Source: an uncultured delta proteobacterium (GTDB taxonomy: Bacteria > Desulfobacterota > Binatia > UBA9968). Taken from it: a stretch of 64,000 nucleotides of DNA. The notes below the pieces were generated by a model. It had not been told where the DNA came from. It was given only the letters and a program-made list of their open reading frames with translations, and searched no databases. Below, piece by piece: positions 1 to 10,306 of this stretch. Positions within the stretch are counted from its first letter, which is position 1. Each line of letters starts with the position of its first letter. The DNA lies in contig CAVTUQ010000014.1 in the NCBI GenBank assembly GCA_963737905.1, positions 64,001 to 128,000 on the forward strand, given 5' to 3'. Both the position numbers and the translations under genes were made by a program.

Positions 1-1
1 C

Positions 2-88
2 CTCCGCTTTACAAACGCTTTCATGGAGACGGAAGAGGCCAAAGCGCTTCACAAGGACGTTTTCGAGAACTCGATGGACAGTAAATAA
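2..88 (+). CDS. 3' end of an unidentified gene running in from the window edge
   Basis: Open frame LRFTNAFMETEEAKALHKDVFENSMDSK* followed by a strong hairpin at 165-194. Confidence 0.35.
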   Translation, partial: LRFTNAFMETEEAKALHKDVFENSMDSK

Positions 89-164
89 ATCGTCAGGCAG
101 ATAGCAAGCCGGGCAAGCGCAATGTGAAATCTGCGTATCCGATTTACCGGCTGTCACAACGATG

Positions 165-194
165 CTGGCTCTTCGACCGCGGTCGAAGAGCCAG
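165..194 (+). terminator. Perfect 30-bp palindrome, probable intrinsic terminator
   Basis: ctggctcttcgaccgcggtcgaagagccag is its own reverse complement and is followed by ttt. Confidence 0.6.
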
Positions 195-392
195 TTTAAA
201 GGTGTGGCCTTAGCTGCGCGGTCCCGCCCGGCGCACATCCGTCTCTTAGACGGTTCGCTGTATACCTGGCTCGGCGCGAAAGCGCTGAGCCAGTTTTCAT
301 TGATGGGCGGGAATCAGCGAGGCATCCTCTTGTAACCGAAATCCCGACGTTCCATTTACATTCGACTCAGGCCAGGGCAAGCCGATGGATCA

Positions 393-635
393 GTGGACGT
401 CCGGCTTGCTGTGATGATGATGCGATACTTTCTCGACTTCGGGCCGATGTTCGAGGACGGCATTCTGTCGAATTACCCGCCCTCAGTCGCGGGACGCCCC
501 GCTTATCCGATCTTTGTGTCGAAAGTGGACGAAGACGGCAGCGAATTGGCCGGCGTCCGGTTGCCGCCGGTCCAGGCACCGGTTGCCACCACCACGGCTG
601 GGCATTGCGCCGCTTGCGCGGACGATTTCGCTTGA
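393..635 (+). pseudogene. C-terminal fragment of an alpha/beta-hydrolase-domain protein (paralog of 890..3178 and 3357..5432)
   Basis: YPIFVSKVDEDGSELAGVRLPPVQAPVATT matches YPSFVPKTDKDGNDIAGVRLPDVTVPLATYTGW. A frameshift near 595 restores GWALR. No N-terminal part is present. Confidence 0.75.
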
Positions 636-889
636 CAAGAAAATTTGAACGGCAGTATGACCAACCATTAACTACCAGCCCGAACGATCATGACTCGTTG
701 AGTCCACAGGCCAGGCCCTGAGTGGAAAAAGGAGAACTGAAACATGTTCCCGTATCATGTGTCCCACAAGAGGCTCTCGTACTTTATGGGCGGTGAGATT
801 TCCACTCGGGGCTTTCGGTAACGCCTTCAACCAATCATCGTCTCCTTCAGACGTCTAAAAGGAAATCTTTTAACCGGAGGGATAAAAAG

Positions 890-3178
890 ATGATTTGCAC
901 AGTTGAGCTTATGAAACGAACCACGATTCTCTGGGTGTTCCTCGCGCTGCTGCTGCTTCCGGTGCTTTCCGATGCGCGCGTCATTAGCGTTCAGATGAGT
1001 GCCCCCACGATCGCGTTTGGCGGCTACTCGTGGCCGGGCGTCGGACAGTACGAGAAAATTACCGGCGTAGCCTACGCCGAGGTCGATCCCGCCGATCACA
1101 GGAACTCGATCATCGTCGATATCGGGCTTGCCGAGCCGCAACCCGCTCCCGGAGAGCCAGGCAAGACTCCCAGCGGAAAAGTCGCGTACTTATTAAACTT
1201 CTATATTCTCAAGCCGGTCAATTTGAACCAGGTCGATCGTAAACTCAACGGCTACGGCAAGATGATGTATGAGCCGCCCAACCGGGGCAATAAGACGTGG
1301 GCCGCCTTGGGCCGAATTACCACCGGTCCCGGTGGTGCGAGCGACCCCGCTTCTATCGTCGACCAGACAGTCTTGGCAAACTCGTTTCTGATGCCACGGG
1401 GTTATACGCTAGTCTGGAGTGGGTGGGAACCATTGGTGCCCCTTGCCGACTTGGGCACTACCCCGACCCAGGCCGTTGCGTTGCCGATCGCCAAAAATGC
1501 AGACGGCTCAACGATCACGGGGCCGGCATACGAATACATTGTGACCTCGGCGAACTCATTCGAGTTAAGTTATCCGGCCGCCAACGCGGCGGACAAAACC
1601 ACAGCAAAGCTAACCCATCGCGTTCATCTTGACGACGTGCCGCAACTCATTCCGGCTTCGGGTTGGGAATATACTGACGCGACCGGGACAGCAATCCGCC
1701 TGCTTTCGTCCACGGGCACGCCCGCGAACTTCGTCGCCAACGACATCTATGAGTTCTCGTACACGGCCAAGGATCCGACCGTGGCCGGTCTTGGCTTTGC
1801 GGCCGTTCGCGACTGGGTTTCCTGGTTGCGCTACGAGGCGCAGGATGACAACGGTACGGCGAACCCGCTGTCCAACTACATCACCCGGATCTATACCGAA
1901 ATCTCTTCGCAACCTGGACGTATGTTCAACGACTTCCGAACTCTCGGCTTCAACGAAGACGATCGCGGCAAAGTCGGCAGAAAGGTGTTCGACGGCCACA
2001 TGCAGTGGATCAGTGCGGGCAGCGGCATCGGCATGAACTTCCGGTTCTCGCAGTCCGGCCGCACCGAGCGCAACCGCCAGGACCACCTATTTGGCGAAAA
2101 TCTCTTTCCATTCGCCAATGTGAGGACGACCGATCCGTTCACGGGCATTACCGCTAGCCGATATGACGCATGTCAGCTGACCAACACGTGCGCGTTCGGA
2201 GTGGAGATCTATTCGGCCAACGAGTACTGGGTCAAAACGGCTTCGCTACTGCACACCCAGCCGGACGGCAGCGCCGACCTTCCTGATTCGGCGTTCACCC
2301 GCAATTATTTTATGTCCAGCATGCAACATGGGACCGGCAACGCCACGAGCAGAGGGAATTGCCAGCAGTTCGGGAATCCGTTGAGTTCGTCCCCGGTGCA
2401 GCGCGCGCTGTTTCTCGCGTTGGATGCATGGGCCGACGACGGCACACCGCCCCCTGCAAGCAGGGTGCCCCGGCTCGACGACGGGACCTTGGTGCTGCCG
2501 GCAAACACTGGTTTCCCGATCACTATCCCAGATACCGGCGGGCTAGCCCCGAGCGGCAAAGTAACTTACACAGGTCTGAAGACCAGTCGCTACCGGTTTG
2601 ACTTTGGGCCGGGCTTTTACGACGCCAGTAACCCGGCCACCTTCGGCATCCCGACCATCTTTCCGCCCGTGATCACCCCGCCGCTCATGCCGCTTCTGAC
2701 GGACGCAGCGGTGCCGATCATGTCGGTGAACGGTCCGGTTTATCCCAGCTTCGTGCCGAAGACGGATAAAGACGGCAACGACATCGCGGGCGTGCGGCTA
2801 CCCGACGTGACGGTTCCCCTCGCCACATACACCGGTTGGGCGCTACGAGCGGGACCACAGCTCAACGACGGTTGTGAAGGCACCGGCCAGTACATCCCGT
2901 TCGCCAAGACCGAGACCGAGCGCAAATCCTCCGGCGATCCGCGCCGGTCGATCGAGGAGCGCTATGCATCTTTCGATAACTACTACGATCGGGTAAGACG
3001 CGCGGTCGACAATATGGTCAAGGATCGCTTGCTGCTGTGTGAGGACGCCGATGACCAGATCGCGCGACTGGTCAATGCAGGACTGGCCGCAGGTGTCCCG
3101 ACACCCAGCGGTGAAATGCCTCCGTTGGAGTCGGAGCACTGCCACAAGCTGTTCAGGTCCAAGGACGGCAACAAGTAA
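890..3178 (+). CDS. Secreted uncharacterised alpha/beta-hydrolase-domain protein (Abhydrolase_10-like)
   Basis: 762 aa, signal peptide (MKRTTILWVFLALLLLPVLSDA), motifs YEPPNRGNK, WSGWE, GLGFAAVRD, SSQPGR, GNDIAGVRLP, DPRRSIEERY; GGAGG RBS. Confidence 0.85.
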   Translation: MICTVELMKRTTILWVFLALLLLPVLSDARVISVQMSAPTIAFGGYSWPGVGQYEKITGVAYAEVDPADHRNSIIVDIGLAEPQPAPGEPGKTPSGKVAYLLNFYILKPVNLNQVDRKLNGYGKMMYEPPNRGNKTWAALGRITTGPGGASDPASIVDQTVLANSFLMPRGYTLVWSGWEPLVPLADLGTTPTQAVALPIAKNADGSTITGPAYEYIVTSANSFELSYPAANAADKTTAKLTHRVHLDDVPQLIPASGWEYTDATGTAIRLLSSTGTPANFVANDIYEFSYTAKDPTVAGLGFAAVRDWVSWLRYEAQDDNGTANPLSNYITRIYTEISSQPGRMFNDFRTLGFNEDDRGKVGRKVFDGHMQWISAGSGIGMNFRFSQSGRTERNRQDHLFGENLFPFANVRTTDPFTGITASRYDACQLTNTCAFGVEIYSANEYWVKTASLLHTQPDGSADLPDSAFTRNYFMSSMQHGTGNATSRGNCQQFGNPLSSSPVQRALFLALDAWADDGTPPPASRVPRLDDGTLVLPANTGFPITIPDTGGLAPSGKVTYTGLKTSRYRFDFGPGFYDASNPATFGIPTIFPPVITPPLMPLLTDAAVPIMSVNGPVYPSFVPKTDKDGNDIAGVRLPDVTVPLATYTGWALRAGPQLNDGCEGTGQYIPFAKTETERKSSGDPRRSIEERYASFDNYYDRVRRAVDNMVKDRLLLCEDADDQIARLVNAGLAAGVPTPSGEMPPLESEHCHKLFRSKDGNK

Positions 3179-3207
3179 AAAGACTCAGGCTTGGCAAGCC
3201 GATGTCG

Positions 3208-3240
3208 GCTCACCGCCGTGGCGCTCCCGCGGCGGTGAGC
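3208..3240. terminator. Hairpin between convergent hydrolase genes
   Basis: gctcaccgccg ... cggcggtgagc 11-bp stem. Confidence 0.55.
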
Positions 3241-3356
3241 ATGCCCTCAGACTGACGAGTTCGTTTGGCCGCTGACAAACCGAAACGTTTCAAGTTTTTC
3301 GCCGAGTGGAGACAGCCTTCTCTCCTGTTGAACCGCCGTAGCGTCAGTTGCCGCGA

Positions 3357-5432
3357 TTATGGGACGGCCGCGTCGTTTGCCGCGGCGATGATGCTGTCTC
3401 GATCTTCGGGAAGCAACAGTCGCTTGCTGACGAGGTCGTTCGCTGCTGCGGTGACTTTGGCAACATAGTCGTCATGCGTCGGATACCGCTCCTCCAATGA
3501 CAGGCGCGGATCGCCAGCGGCTTCCCGCTCGGCTTTGGTCTTGAAAAAGGGAATGTAGCCGCCGGTGAGGTCACAGGAATCACCCTCGCTGAAGCCTGCC
3601 TTCCTGATATTCCACCCCGTGTAAGTCCCTAGCGGAACCTGGACGTTCGTGTTCCGCAAACCATCGATGGGGTTGCCGTCAGCATCGACCTGCGGCAGGA
3701 GCACGGTGTAGGCACCACCGGGCATCGAAGGTTCCGTCATGATGCCGGACACGTCCTCCACATCGAAGCGCAGTCCACGATCAAGGTAGACCTTCTGATT
3801 CGTGACACCAGCCACGGTGAAATTTGAAGCGGGGACGTACGGGATTTGAATCTCAGTCTGCTTTACCAAGCTCCCACGACTAATCGAGGAGTAGAGGCTT
3901 TCCGGTGGTTTCGTTCCATCGACCACCCAGTCGCGAAGCGCCACCAACAACGCTCGCTGGGCGTGGAGAAACGGGTTGCTGTTCGAGCGCAGCTGGCAAT
4001 TGTTAGGGAAACCAGGAAGCACCGCCGGCGGTTGTTGGAGCGGATTGCCCCCGCCGTGCTGCGTGCCGGACAGTTGATAGATCCGAACCTCGTCCGGAAT
4101 CGAGACGTCTCGCCTGCCGAAGGAATCGGTAGTGTTCAGCGACATGTCTGCCTGCCACCACTCGGTGTCGGTGTTCGTATGAGTGATCTTGGGACATGTA
4201 TGGGTCCGGCGACAGCGTTCGAGTTGCCCGGCCCTGATTCCCGACAGCGGATCGAAGCTCACGTCCCACGTTTGCGGCGACTCCGCTCCCGGGTACTGCG
4301 CCTCGGTGTGCTGCGTTCCCGATAACCGTGTCGGCTGCGCGAAGCGGATGTTGAATGCGCCACGGTTGGAGGCCTTGTGCGGTATCGCCCCTTCGACCAC
4401 CTGTCGGCGATGCTCGTCTTGATTGAACCCCAGTTGGATGAAGGTGCGAATCCAGCGGCCGCTCTGCGACGAACCGTAGATGATGGCGTTCTCTAGTCCA
4501 TCGCCCAGCGGATTGCCGTGATTGCCGCTGCGCAAGAAGGAAATGAAGTCCCGCGTCGCCGCGAAGCCCAAACCCATCACCATGGGATTCTTTGCCGTGT
4601 AGAGAAGTTCGTAGATGTGGTTTGTATCGAACCCACCCTGAAGACAGACCTTCTTCGTGTCCGGGACGCCGGGGAAGGGTACCGAGGTGCAGTCGGCAAA
4701 GGCCCACTCCAGGTTCGAGATGAGTTCCTTGGGATCGTTCTGATGGACGCGCCGCGTCAATGTTGCGCCGGAGTTGTCGGCGCTGATGGCCTCGTAGGCT
4801 GGGGGCTCGGTCACATCCAGCGTGTTCGCTGGGGAGCCGAGGATGTATTCAGACCGCACCCGCCCTTTGATCTCGCTGCCGTCACGATGTCTAGCGATCG
4901 GCAAAGTGATCTGGATGCCCGAGGTCACGTCACCTTCCCATCCACTCCACGCCATCGTGTAACCCTCGCGTTCGAGGAAGCCGTCACCAGGGCTGGTCGC
5001 GTTGCCGCCGATGTTCAGGTTCGTGATGCCCTTGTTGCCGCGATTCACGACGTCGTAGATGAGCGTCCCATTGCCGCGGCTCATGTCGATGGGCTTGAGG
5101 ATCGAGATGTCCATCGAGTACTCGACCATGCCGCGGGAATTGCGCGGCGCCAACCCGATGTCGGTGATTATCGCATTGAGGGGATCTCTAGGATTCACCT
5201 CGCCATACGCTCTGCCGTCGAGCTGCTCATATTGTCCGACGGTACCGAATGAGGCGCCGCCAAAGGCCGGTGAAGTCCGCGTCTCGATGACGATCTTCGT
5301 TATTCGTGCTTCTGCCAGGTCATCGCTGTCGAGCACTCCGACCGCCAGCAAGCTCCACAAGAAAACCAGCGGGAGGCGAACGATATGGATAGCTAGAGTA
5401 ATTGTATCTACGCTTCTAGGTTTGTTTGCCAT
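3357..5432 (-). CDS. Secreted uncharacterised alpha/beta-hydrolase-domain protein (Abhydrolase_10-like)
   Basis: 691 aa, hydrophobic N-terminus, YDVVNRGNK, WSGWE, GLGFAATRD, nucleophile-like GSSQSGR, DPRLSLEERY; clear paralog of 890..3178. Confidence 0.85.
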   Translation of the reverse strand: MANKPRSVDTITLAIHIVRLPLVFLWSLLAVGVLDSDDLAEARITKIVIETRTSPAFGGASFGTVGQYEQLDGRAYGEVNPRDPLNAIITDIGLAPRNSRGMVEYSMDISILKPIDMSRGNGTLIYDVVNRGNKGITNLNIGGNATSPGDGFLEREGYTMAWSGWEGDVTSGIQITLPIARHRDGSEIKGRVRSEYILGSPANTLDVTEPPAYEAISADNSGATLTRRVHQNDPKELISNLEWAFADCTSVPFPGVPDTKKVCLQGGFDTNHIYELLYTAKNPMVMGLGFAATRDFISFLRSGNHGNPLGDGLENAIIYGSSQSGRWIRTFIQLGFNQDEHRRQVVEGAIPHKASNRGAFNIRFAQPTRLSGTQHTEAQYPGAESPQTWDVSFDPLSGIRAGQLERCRRTHTCPKITHTNTDTEWWQADMSLNTTDSFGRRDVSIPDEVRIYQLSGTQHGGGNPLQQPPAVLPGFPNNCQLRSNSNPFLHAQRALLVALRDWVVDGTKPPESLYSSISRGSLVKQTEIQIPYVPASNFTVAGVTNQKVYLDRGLRFDVEDVSGIMTEPSMPGGAYTVLLPQVDADGNPIDGLRNTNVQVPLGTYTGWNIRKAGFSEGDSCDLTGGYIPFFKTKAEREAAGDPRLSLEERYPTHDDYVAKVTAAANDLVSKRLLLPEDRDSIIAAANDAAVP

Positions 5433-5553
5433 TGGTTCTCCCTCCTTATGTTTTGATCTACTGACTCAGTGGCCTATTCCTCCTCTCGGGCAGTTAATAG
5501 GAACCCTTTGTGGATGGTTGGGGGTTCTGTTTGTGTCAGAAGTGGGACACACT

Positions 5554-5596
5554 GTCCAATACTTTTTTCGAATGACCGCCATTGGCATTTCTTATA
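5554..5596 (-). promoter_or_regulatory. Conserved 43-bp LysR-type operator/promoter motif, copy 1
   Basis: Sense tataagaaatgccaatggcggtcattcgaaaaaagtattggac aligns without gaps to 46219-46261 and 48021-48063; contains a T-N11-A dyad. Confidence 0.7.
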
Positions 5597-5709
5597 TCAG
5601 GTCGCACGGGGACCCCCGTCCGTCTGCCAAGAGAAAAGCAATAGCACCAGATTTCGAGGAAAAATATAATTGTTTGGCGACTGAGAGAAGTGTAGGGAAA
5701 CCAGCTATT

Positions 5710-6531
5710 TCATGGCTTCGTACCTAAAGCAAGGATGGCCGGCATAGGCAATTCTACAGCATCACGCTTTTGATACCTGGTTAATTCATCGCGCATGGCG
5801 CGGCGAATGTTTTCTAGAGCCTCCGGTTTTTGGGCGCGCAGTAGTCCAGCGGTTCGCACCGTGCTCTCTTTCATGAACTCGAACAGGCTGTCGACAGTCG
5901 GCAGGCGCCAAGTTTGCAGAATTTTAATTACCTTGGCTGACTCGAAACCCGCAGCACGCAAGGACCGACTGCACTCATCCGGCTCACTGAAGCGGAAGAA
6001 TGGCGGGCCTTCGGGCAGCGAAACGGTGAGATCGCCATGTTTCTTAATGGCCCCAAGAACGATTCCAAAACCGATCGCTTCCTCCGGTTTGGCCCATGCG
6101 GTGAAGGCAAACCGGCCGCCCGGACGCAGCACACGGCAGGCCTCCGCGAGTGCCTGATCCGGCCGGGCCAAATGCAGGATGCCGAAGTTCATCACCGCCG
6201 CGTCAAATAAAGCATCGCCTAACGGCAATTCCTCCGCGTCGCCCTCGCGAAACTCGATCTCGGGATTGCGCCTCCGAGCTTCCACGACCATAGCCGACGA
6301 GAAGTCAACTCCGATAACCGTTGCGCCGCGTCTTTCGGCAGCCGCAGCCGCATAACCGGGTCCGGTGGCGATGTCGATTACCTTTGTTCCCTTTTTGACT
6401 CCGGCTGCATCGAGAAGGGGCTCTATGCTCTGCGCGGTGAGCTCGCCGAAGGCCTGATGATACGGCTCGGGAATAGCTTGCCAGCCGCTGTGCTCAAAGT
6501 CGCGAAATGAGTGAGGATCAGGATCATTCAT
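5710..6531 (-). CDS. Class I SAM-dependent methyltransferase
   Basis: IDIATGPG, GVDFS, EGDAEELP, RVLRPGG motifs; start moved to MNDPDP (6531) to avoid overlapping the upstream gene. Confidence 0.85.
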   Translation of the reverse strand: MNDPDPHSFRDFEHSGWQAIPEPYHQAFGELTAQSIEPLLDAAGVKKGTKVIDIATGPGYAAAAAERRGATVIGVDFSSAMVVEARRRNPEIEFREGDAEELPLGDALFDAAVMNFGILHLARPDQALAEACRVLRPGGRFAFTAWAKPEEAIGFGIVLGAIKKHGDLTVSLPEGPPFFRFSEPDECSRSLRAAGFESAKVIKILQTWRLPTVDSLFEFMKESTVRTAGLLRAQKPEALENIRRAMRDELTRYQKRDAVELPMPAILALGTKP

Positions 6532-6647
6532 AGTCGACTGTCTCAGTGTAGACGGATGATGGAACGGCTGTTGCCGGAAAGATTCTCGAATCAGAACGAC
6601 GACGGCATTCTCACCGCGCGTGAAACGAAATGTGACCGCCTGACAGC

Positions 6648-7373
6648 TCAGGGCATGTCTTCCAGCAGCTTGCCAAAGCCTTTCACCGGCTGTCTCACGT
6701 GCAGTCGTTTTTCCACGGACCAGACTCGCGCGGGGACCGGGTGCACAACCGGCACCTGCAAGTCTTCTTCCAGCAAATGAATGATGTCCAGGCAACGCCA
6801 GCCGGTGCCGAGCATGTAGATTCCATCCGCGCCCGGATTCTTGAGAAACGCCTTACGCGTGTGGGCGTAGATTTCCTGCGATGCGAGCCGCCCCACGTCT
6901 TCGAAGGCCACCGAGATTCCTTCCATGGCCATCACGTCGAATCCGGCGTCCCGGAAATAGCTTGCCGTGATATCGTTGACGCTGTTGACGAAGTAAGTCA
7001 CGCCGACCAATTTTTTGATGTTCAGCGCCCGCAGGGCCTCGACTTGAGTCTGAGCAGCGGTAACCATGGGAGTTTTGTATTTGGTTTCCCATTCTTTGAT
7101 AATCTTCTCTTCACCCTTGTAGCCGTGAACCATAAACGGCGGGGCGCCTTCGGGATGGATGAGATCAACGCCCTCCCTGGCTAGCTCCGCGACTTTTTCC
7201 TCAACCGCATTAAGAGCGCCGCGGAATTCATCTTCCGTGCCGCGTTTGAAATTCAAGTAAACCGGAACGACCCCGATCCCTTCGGGCAGTAATCTAATAA
7301 ACTCTTCTAGGGAGCCCGGCCGATGGGTAGGTTTCACCACCCCGACAACACCGCGCCAACTTGCGAACACCAT
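6648..7373 (-). CDS. Asp/Glu racemase / maleate isomerase / arylmalonate decarboxylase-fold protein
   Basis: ALRALNIKKLVGVTYF, GFDV, ADGIYM, LEEDLQVPVV pattern of the family; canonical catalytic Cys positions read GAPP and GTGW. Confidence 0.75.
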   Translation of the reverse strand: MVFASWRGVVGVVKPTHRPGSLEEFIRLLPEGIGVVPVYLNFKRGTEDEFRGALNAVEEKVAELAREGVDLIHPEGAPPFMVHGYKGEEKIIKEWETKYKTPMVTAAQTQVEALRALNIKKLVGVTYFVNSVNDITASYFRDAGFDVMAMEGISVAFEDVGRLASQEIYAHTRKAFLKNPGADGIYMLGTGWRCLDIIHLLEEDLQVPVVHPVPARVWSVEKRLHVRQPVKGFGKLLEDMP

Positions 7374-7390
7374 GACGGACTCCTTGGAGC

Positions 7391-8869
7391 TTATGACTGC
7401 GATTTAAAAACCTGCGGAAACTTCGTTTTCAATTGAGCCCGGACACTCTCGGGCACTTCCACCACTTTGGGGAACTCTCCCTTGAGCTTGCGGTTATAAG
7501 GCATACAGGCGTCGATCAGGATGCGATTATTAAAATTCCCCGGCAGAAACATCGGGTCGCGACCGGATGACCACGCCTTCTGGACGACATCGATGTCCGT
7601 CACCGGGTCGAAGCGCGTCCCCATCGCCCAGAGCACCTGATCGATGTCCGAACAATCCACATCGTCGTCTACGACCACGGTCCATTTGCCGTTATAGGCG
7701 CCCGCCATACAGTTGGCCGCCACATGCAACACATTGCGCGCATGGCCCGGATAGCGCTGCCGAATTTGTATCGCCGTGAACCGGGTGGCCGGTGCGCCTT
7801 CATGATTCCACACACCGAGGATGTCAGGCAGGCCGCAAGCTTCCAGCGCCTTCCAGATCTCGGCCGCCCCGGCGATGCCTTTAAGCAAGCCCGTTTCATC
7901 CACCGGCTTGTGTTGCGGCGCGCAGGTGAGAATCGGATGGTTGCGATACATTACCGTCTTCACATTGAGAGAGGGACGCGGTACCACATCGTCCGAGTAG
8001 TACCCCATCCATTCCCCGAAAGGCCCCTCCGGCTTCGATTGCCCGGGAACGGCCTCACCTTCGAGAACAATTTCCGCATCGGCAGGGATCGGAAACCCGG
8101 TAAAAGGTCCCTTGACAACTTCCACCGGTTCGCCCCGGATGCCGCCGGCGAAGTCATACTCGGAAACTCCGCTGGGCAGCGGGCTGGCAGACAATAGATA
8201 AAGCAGTGGGTCCTGGCCGCACACGATAGCGAACTTGGCGCTCTGTCCCCGTTCAAAATACTTGTCACGATGAATGCGCCCGTGCTTTCCCTCGGTAATC
8301 TGACAGCCGATAGTTTTTTCGTCGTAGACCTGGCAACGGTACGCACCGAAATTATACCACTCGGCATCCGGATCTTTGGTGATGCACATATCGGCAGTAC
8401 CGATGTAGCGATGCGTGTCGGTTTGATGATGCACCGGTACGGGTAGCTCGAGCACGTTGACCTTGTCACCCTCTAGAACATTATCGAAGATCGGGCCGGT
8501 TTTGACGAATTTGGGCTTGATAAATTGCATGTCTTCCATGCGGTGATGATAGGCTTTTACGATATCGGCCTTGCGCTCGTATTCGAGGGGCAGGCCTAGT
8601 GTCAGGGCAACGCGCTTGATCGTGGAAAACTGTCCAAAAAGCGTCCGGTAGCCTTTCGGATAACCAGGAACGTCATCAAAAAGAATTGCCGGCGCCTTTC
8701 CCTTACCGCTCTCCGTCAGCATCTGGGTAATCGCACCCATCTCTCGGTCCCAATGGGCGCCATTAACTTTGAGCAGCTCGCCCAGCTTGTCTACCCGCTC
8801 CAGCCAATCCCGCAAACCGCGGTAGGTTACAGCGCTACTGGAGATTTCCACCTTTTCCGGACGTGCCAT
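7391..8869 (-). CDS. UbiD-family prFMN-dependent (de)carboxylase
   Basis: PAILFDDVPGY, RYIGT, NFGAYR, EGPFGEW, VVVDDDVD motifs; start at MARPEK with GGAGG RBS. Confidence 0.9.
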   Translation of the reverse strand: MARPEKVEISSSAVTYRGLRDWLERVDKLGELLKVNGAHWDREMGAITQMLTESGKGKAPAILFDDVPGYPKGYRTLFGQFSTIKRVALTLGLPLEYERKADIVKAYHHRMEDMQFIKPKFVKTGPIFDNVLEGDKVNVLELPVPVHHQTDTHRYIGTADMCITKDPDAEWYNFGAYRCQVYDEKTIGCQITEGKHGRIHRDKYFERGQSAKFAIVCGQDPLLYLLSASPLPSGVSEYDFAGGIRGEPVEVVKGPFTGFPIPADAEIVLEGEAVPGQSKPEGPFGEWMGYYSDDVVPRPSLNVKTVMYRNHPILTCAPQHKPVDETGLLKGIAGAAEIWKALEACGLPDILGVWNHEGAPATRFTAIQIRQRYPGHARNVLHVAANCMAGAYNGKWTVVVDDDVDCSDIDQVLWAMGTRFDPVTDIDVVQKAWSSGRDPMFLPGNFNNRILIDACMPYNRKLKGEFPKVVEVPESVRAQLKTKFPQVFKSQS

Positions 8870-9054
8870 CCTAACCTCCCTTGCAAGCACGGGAAACCAC
8901 TATTTCAGAGTGATTTTCATCAACCATATGTTCCACCTCTTGGGTTGTCAAGGAAACCGCCGGGGCGGCTCTTGTTTATGAAACCGGCAAGTGTTAATTA
9001 CAGAACCCGCTGTAGTCCGAAGACGAACTAGACGTTGGGTCAACACCGGGATTT

Positions 9055-9540
9055 ATGAAAGCACAGACGTCTTACGACCAAGATCTACGTGCCATCGGTC
9101 AGGCGCTTGAAAAGCGCCGAATCACTATCTTCGAGATAAAGAACCAACCTGGCCGTTACGTCGTACGCGGCACCCCCGATAAGCCTACTTCCGTTATTGC
9201 CAGCATGCGACGATGGGTTCGAGGAGGCGAAAATGACGCCTCCGGCACGATCCATTATAGTGCCAAAGAAATTGAAGAGATAGAACGGCAGGGAAAAAAG
9301 CAGCGCGCTAAGACAGGTCGTCTTCCCGACTTCTACAATCTTTCAAATACCCTTCGGACTTTGGGTGCGTATCTGAACTCTAAAGACGCCGAGTTATTAG
9401 AACTGCACAAAAGACCGCTCACCGTAACCCTGCTGTACCAAAACAACCATGGACATCCCCACATGGAAGATCGCACCATCGCCTCTTTCTTCAACATATT
9501 CATCGAAATGCACGGGAGACGAAACCGGGCTAAAGCCTAA
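9055..9540 (+). CDS. Hypothetical protein with an internal duplication (LRAIGQAL / LRTLGAYL)
   Basis: 161-aa ORF filling the gap; no recognised domain. Confidence 0.65.
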   Translation: MKAQTSYDQDLRAIGQALEKRRITIFEIKNQPGRYVVRGTPDKPTSVIASMRRWVRGGENDASGTIHYSAKEIEEIERQGKKQRAKTGRLPDFYNLSNTLRTLGAYLNSKDAELLELHKRPLTVTLLYQNNHGHPHMEDRTIASFFNIFIEMHGRRNRAKA

Positions 9541-9580
9541 CTTAATGCGGTATTCCCTCAATGCGTTTGAATAATTCGGG

Positions 9581-9661
9581 CGTCATTCCGGGCAACTGGC
9601 GATAGTTAGCGCGACCCGGAATCCAGGAAACTTCTGGATACCCGCTTTCGCGGGTATGACG
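9581..9661. repeat. REP-like palindromic element
   Basis: cgtcattccggg...cccggaatccag...ctggatacccgctttcgcgggtatgacg, the widespread CGTCATTCC/GAATCC/GATGACG-type nested palindrome, between convergent genes. Confidence 0.7.
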
Positions 9662-9678
9662 TTGAGTGCCTGCGTGAG

Positions 9679-10281
9679 CTATCCAACTTTTTCTTGCAAC
9701 CGTTTCACCAGCTCTTCATAGGAGGAGCTGGAGATAACTCGATCGAACTGCGAGCGATAATTGTTGACAATACTGATGTTCTCCACCACCGCGTCGTAGA
9801 CCTTCCATTGACCCTGGACTTGCCGTAATTTGTAAGTGACCGCGAGCTCCTCGCCCTTGGGCTTAACAATGGTGGACTCCACCTGGGCAAAATCGTTATC
9901 TATCGCCTCACGGCCGAACCGCACCTTTTCGCCTCCATACAGATCGATCTTGTCCGAATAGATTCTTTCCAAAAAATCTCGAAAGAGCTTGACAAACTCC
10001 TCCTGCTCGGCCGGAGTTCTTCGCCGCCAATGGGTGCCGAGCGCTCGTTTGGCCATCTCCTCGTAATCAAAAATTGAATTGAGCGCTTCCCTCAAGCGAT
10101 CAACGCGTTCCCTCTTTTTATCCTGGGACTGCAGTTTAGGATCTTTCAGAATTTCAACTGCTTTGTTTACCGCCGTGCGTACGAGCTCAAGTGGCTCGCC
10201 TGCCTGAGTGAAACAAGGAAAGACAAAACACAACGTAACGATGAAAACGGCTGTCGCTATTTGCCGTATCTTTTTATGCAT
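9679..10281 (-). CDS. mlaC: MlaC/Ttg2D phospholipid-binding periplasmic protein
   Basis: Signal peptide, FDYEEMAKRALG..W, WKVYDAVVENISIVNNYRSQF. Confidence 0.88.
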   Translation of the reverse strand: MHKKIRQIATAVFIVTLCFVFPCFTQAGEPLELVRTAVNKAVEILKDPKLQSQDKKRERVDRLREALNSIFDYEEMAKRALGTHWRRRTPAEQEEFVKLFRDFLERIYSDKIDLYGGEKVRFGREAIDNDFAQVESTIVKPKGEELAVTYKLRQVQGQWKVYDAVVENISIVNNYRSQFDRVISSSSYEELVKRLQEKVG

Positions 10282-10306
10282 TTAGGCTTATCCTTTTGTA
10301 TATGGG

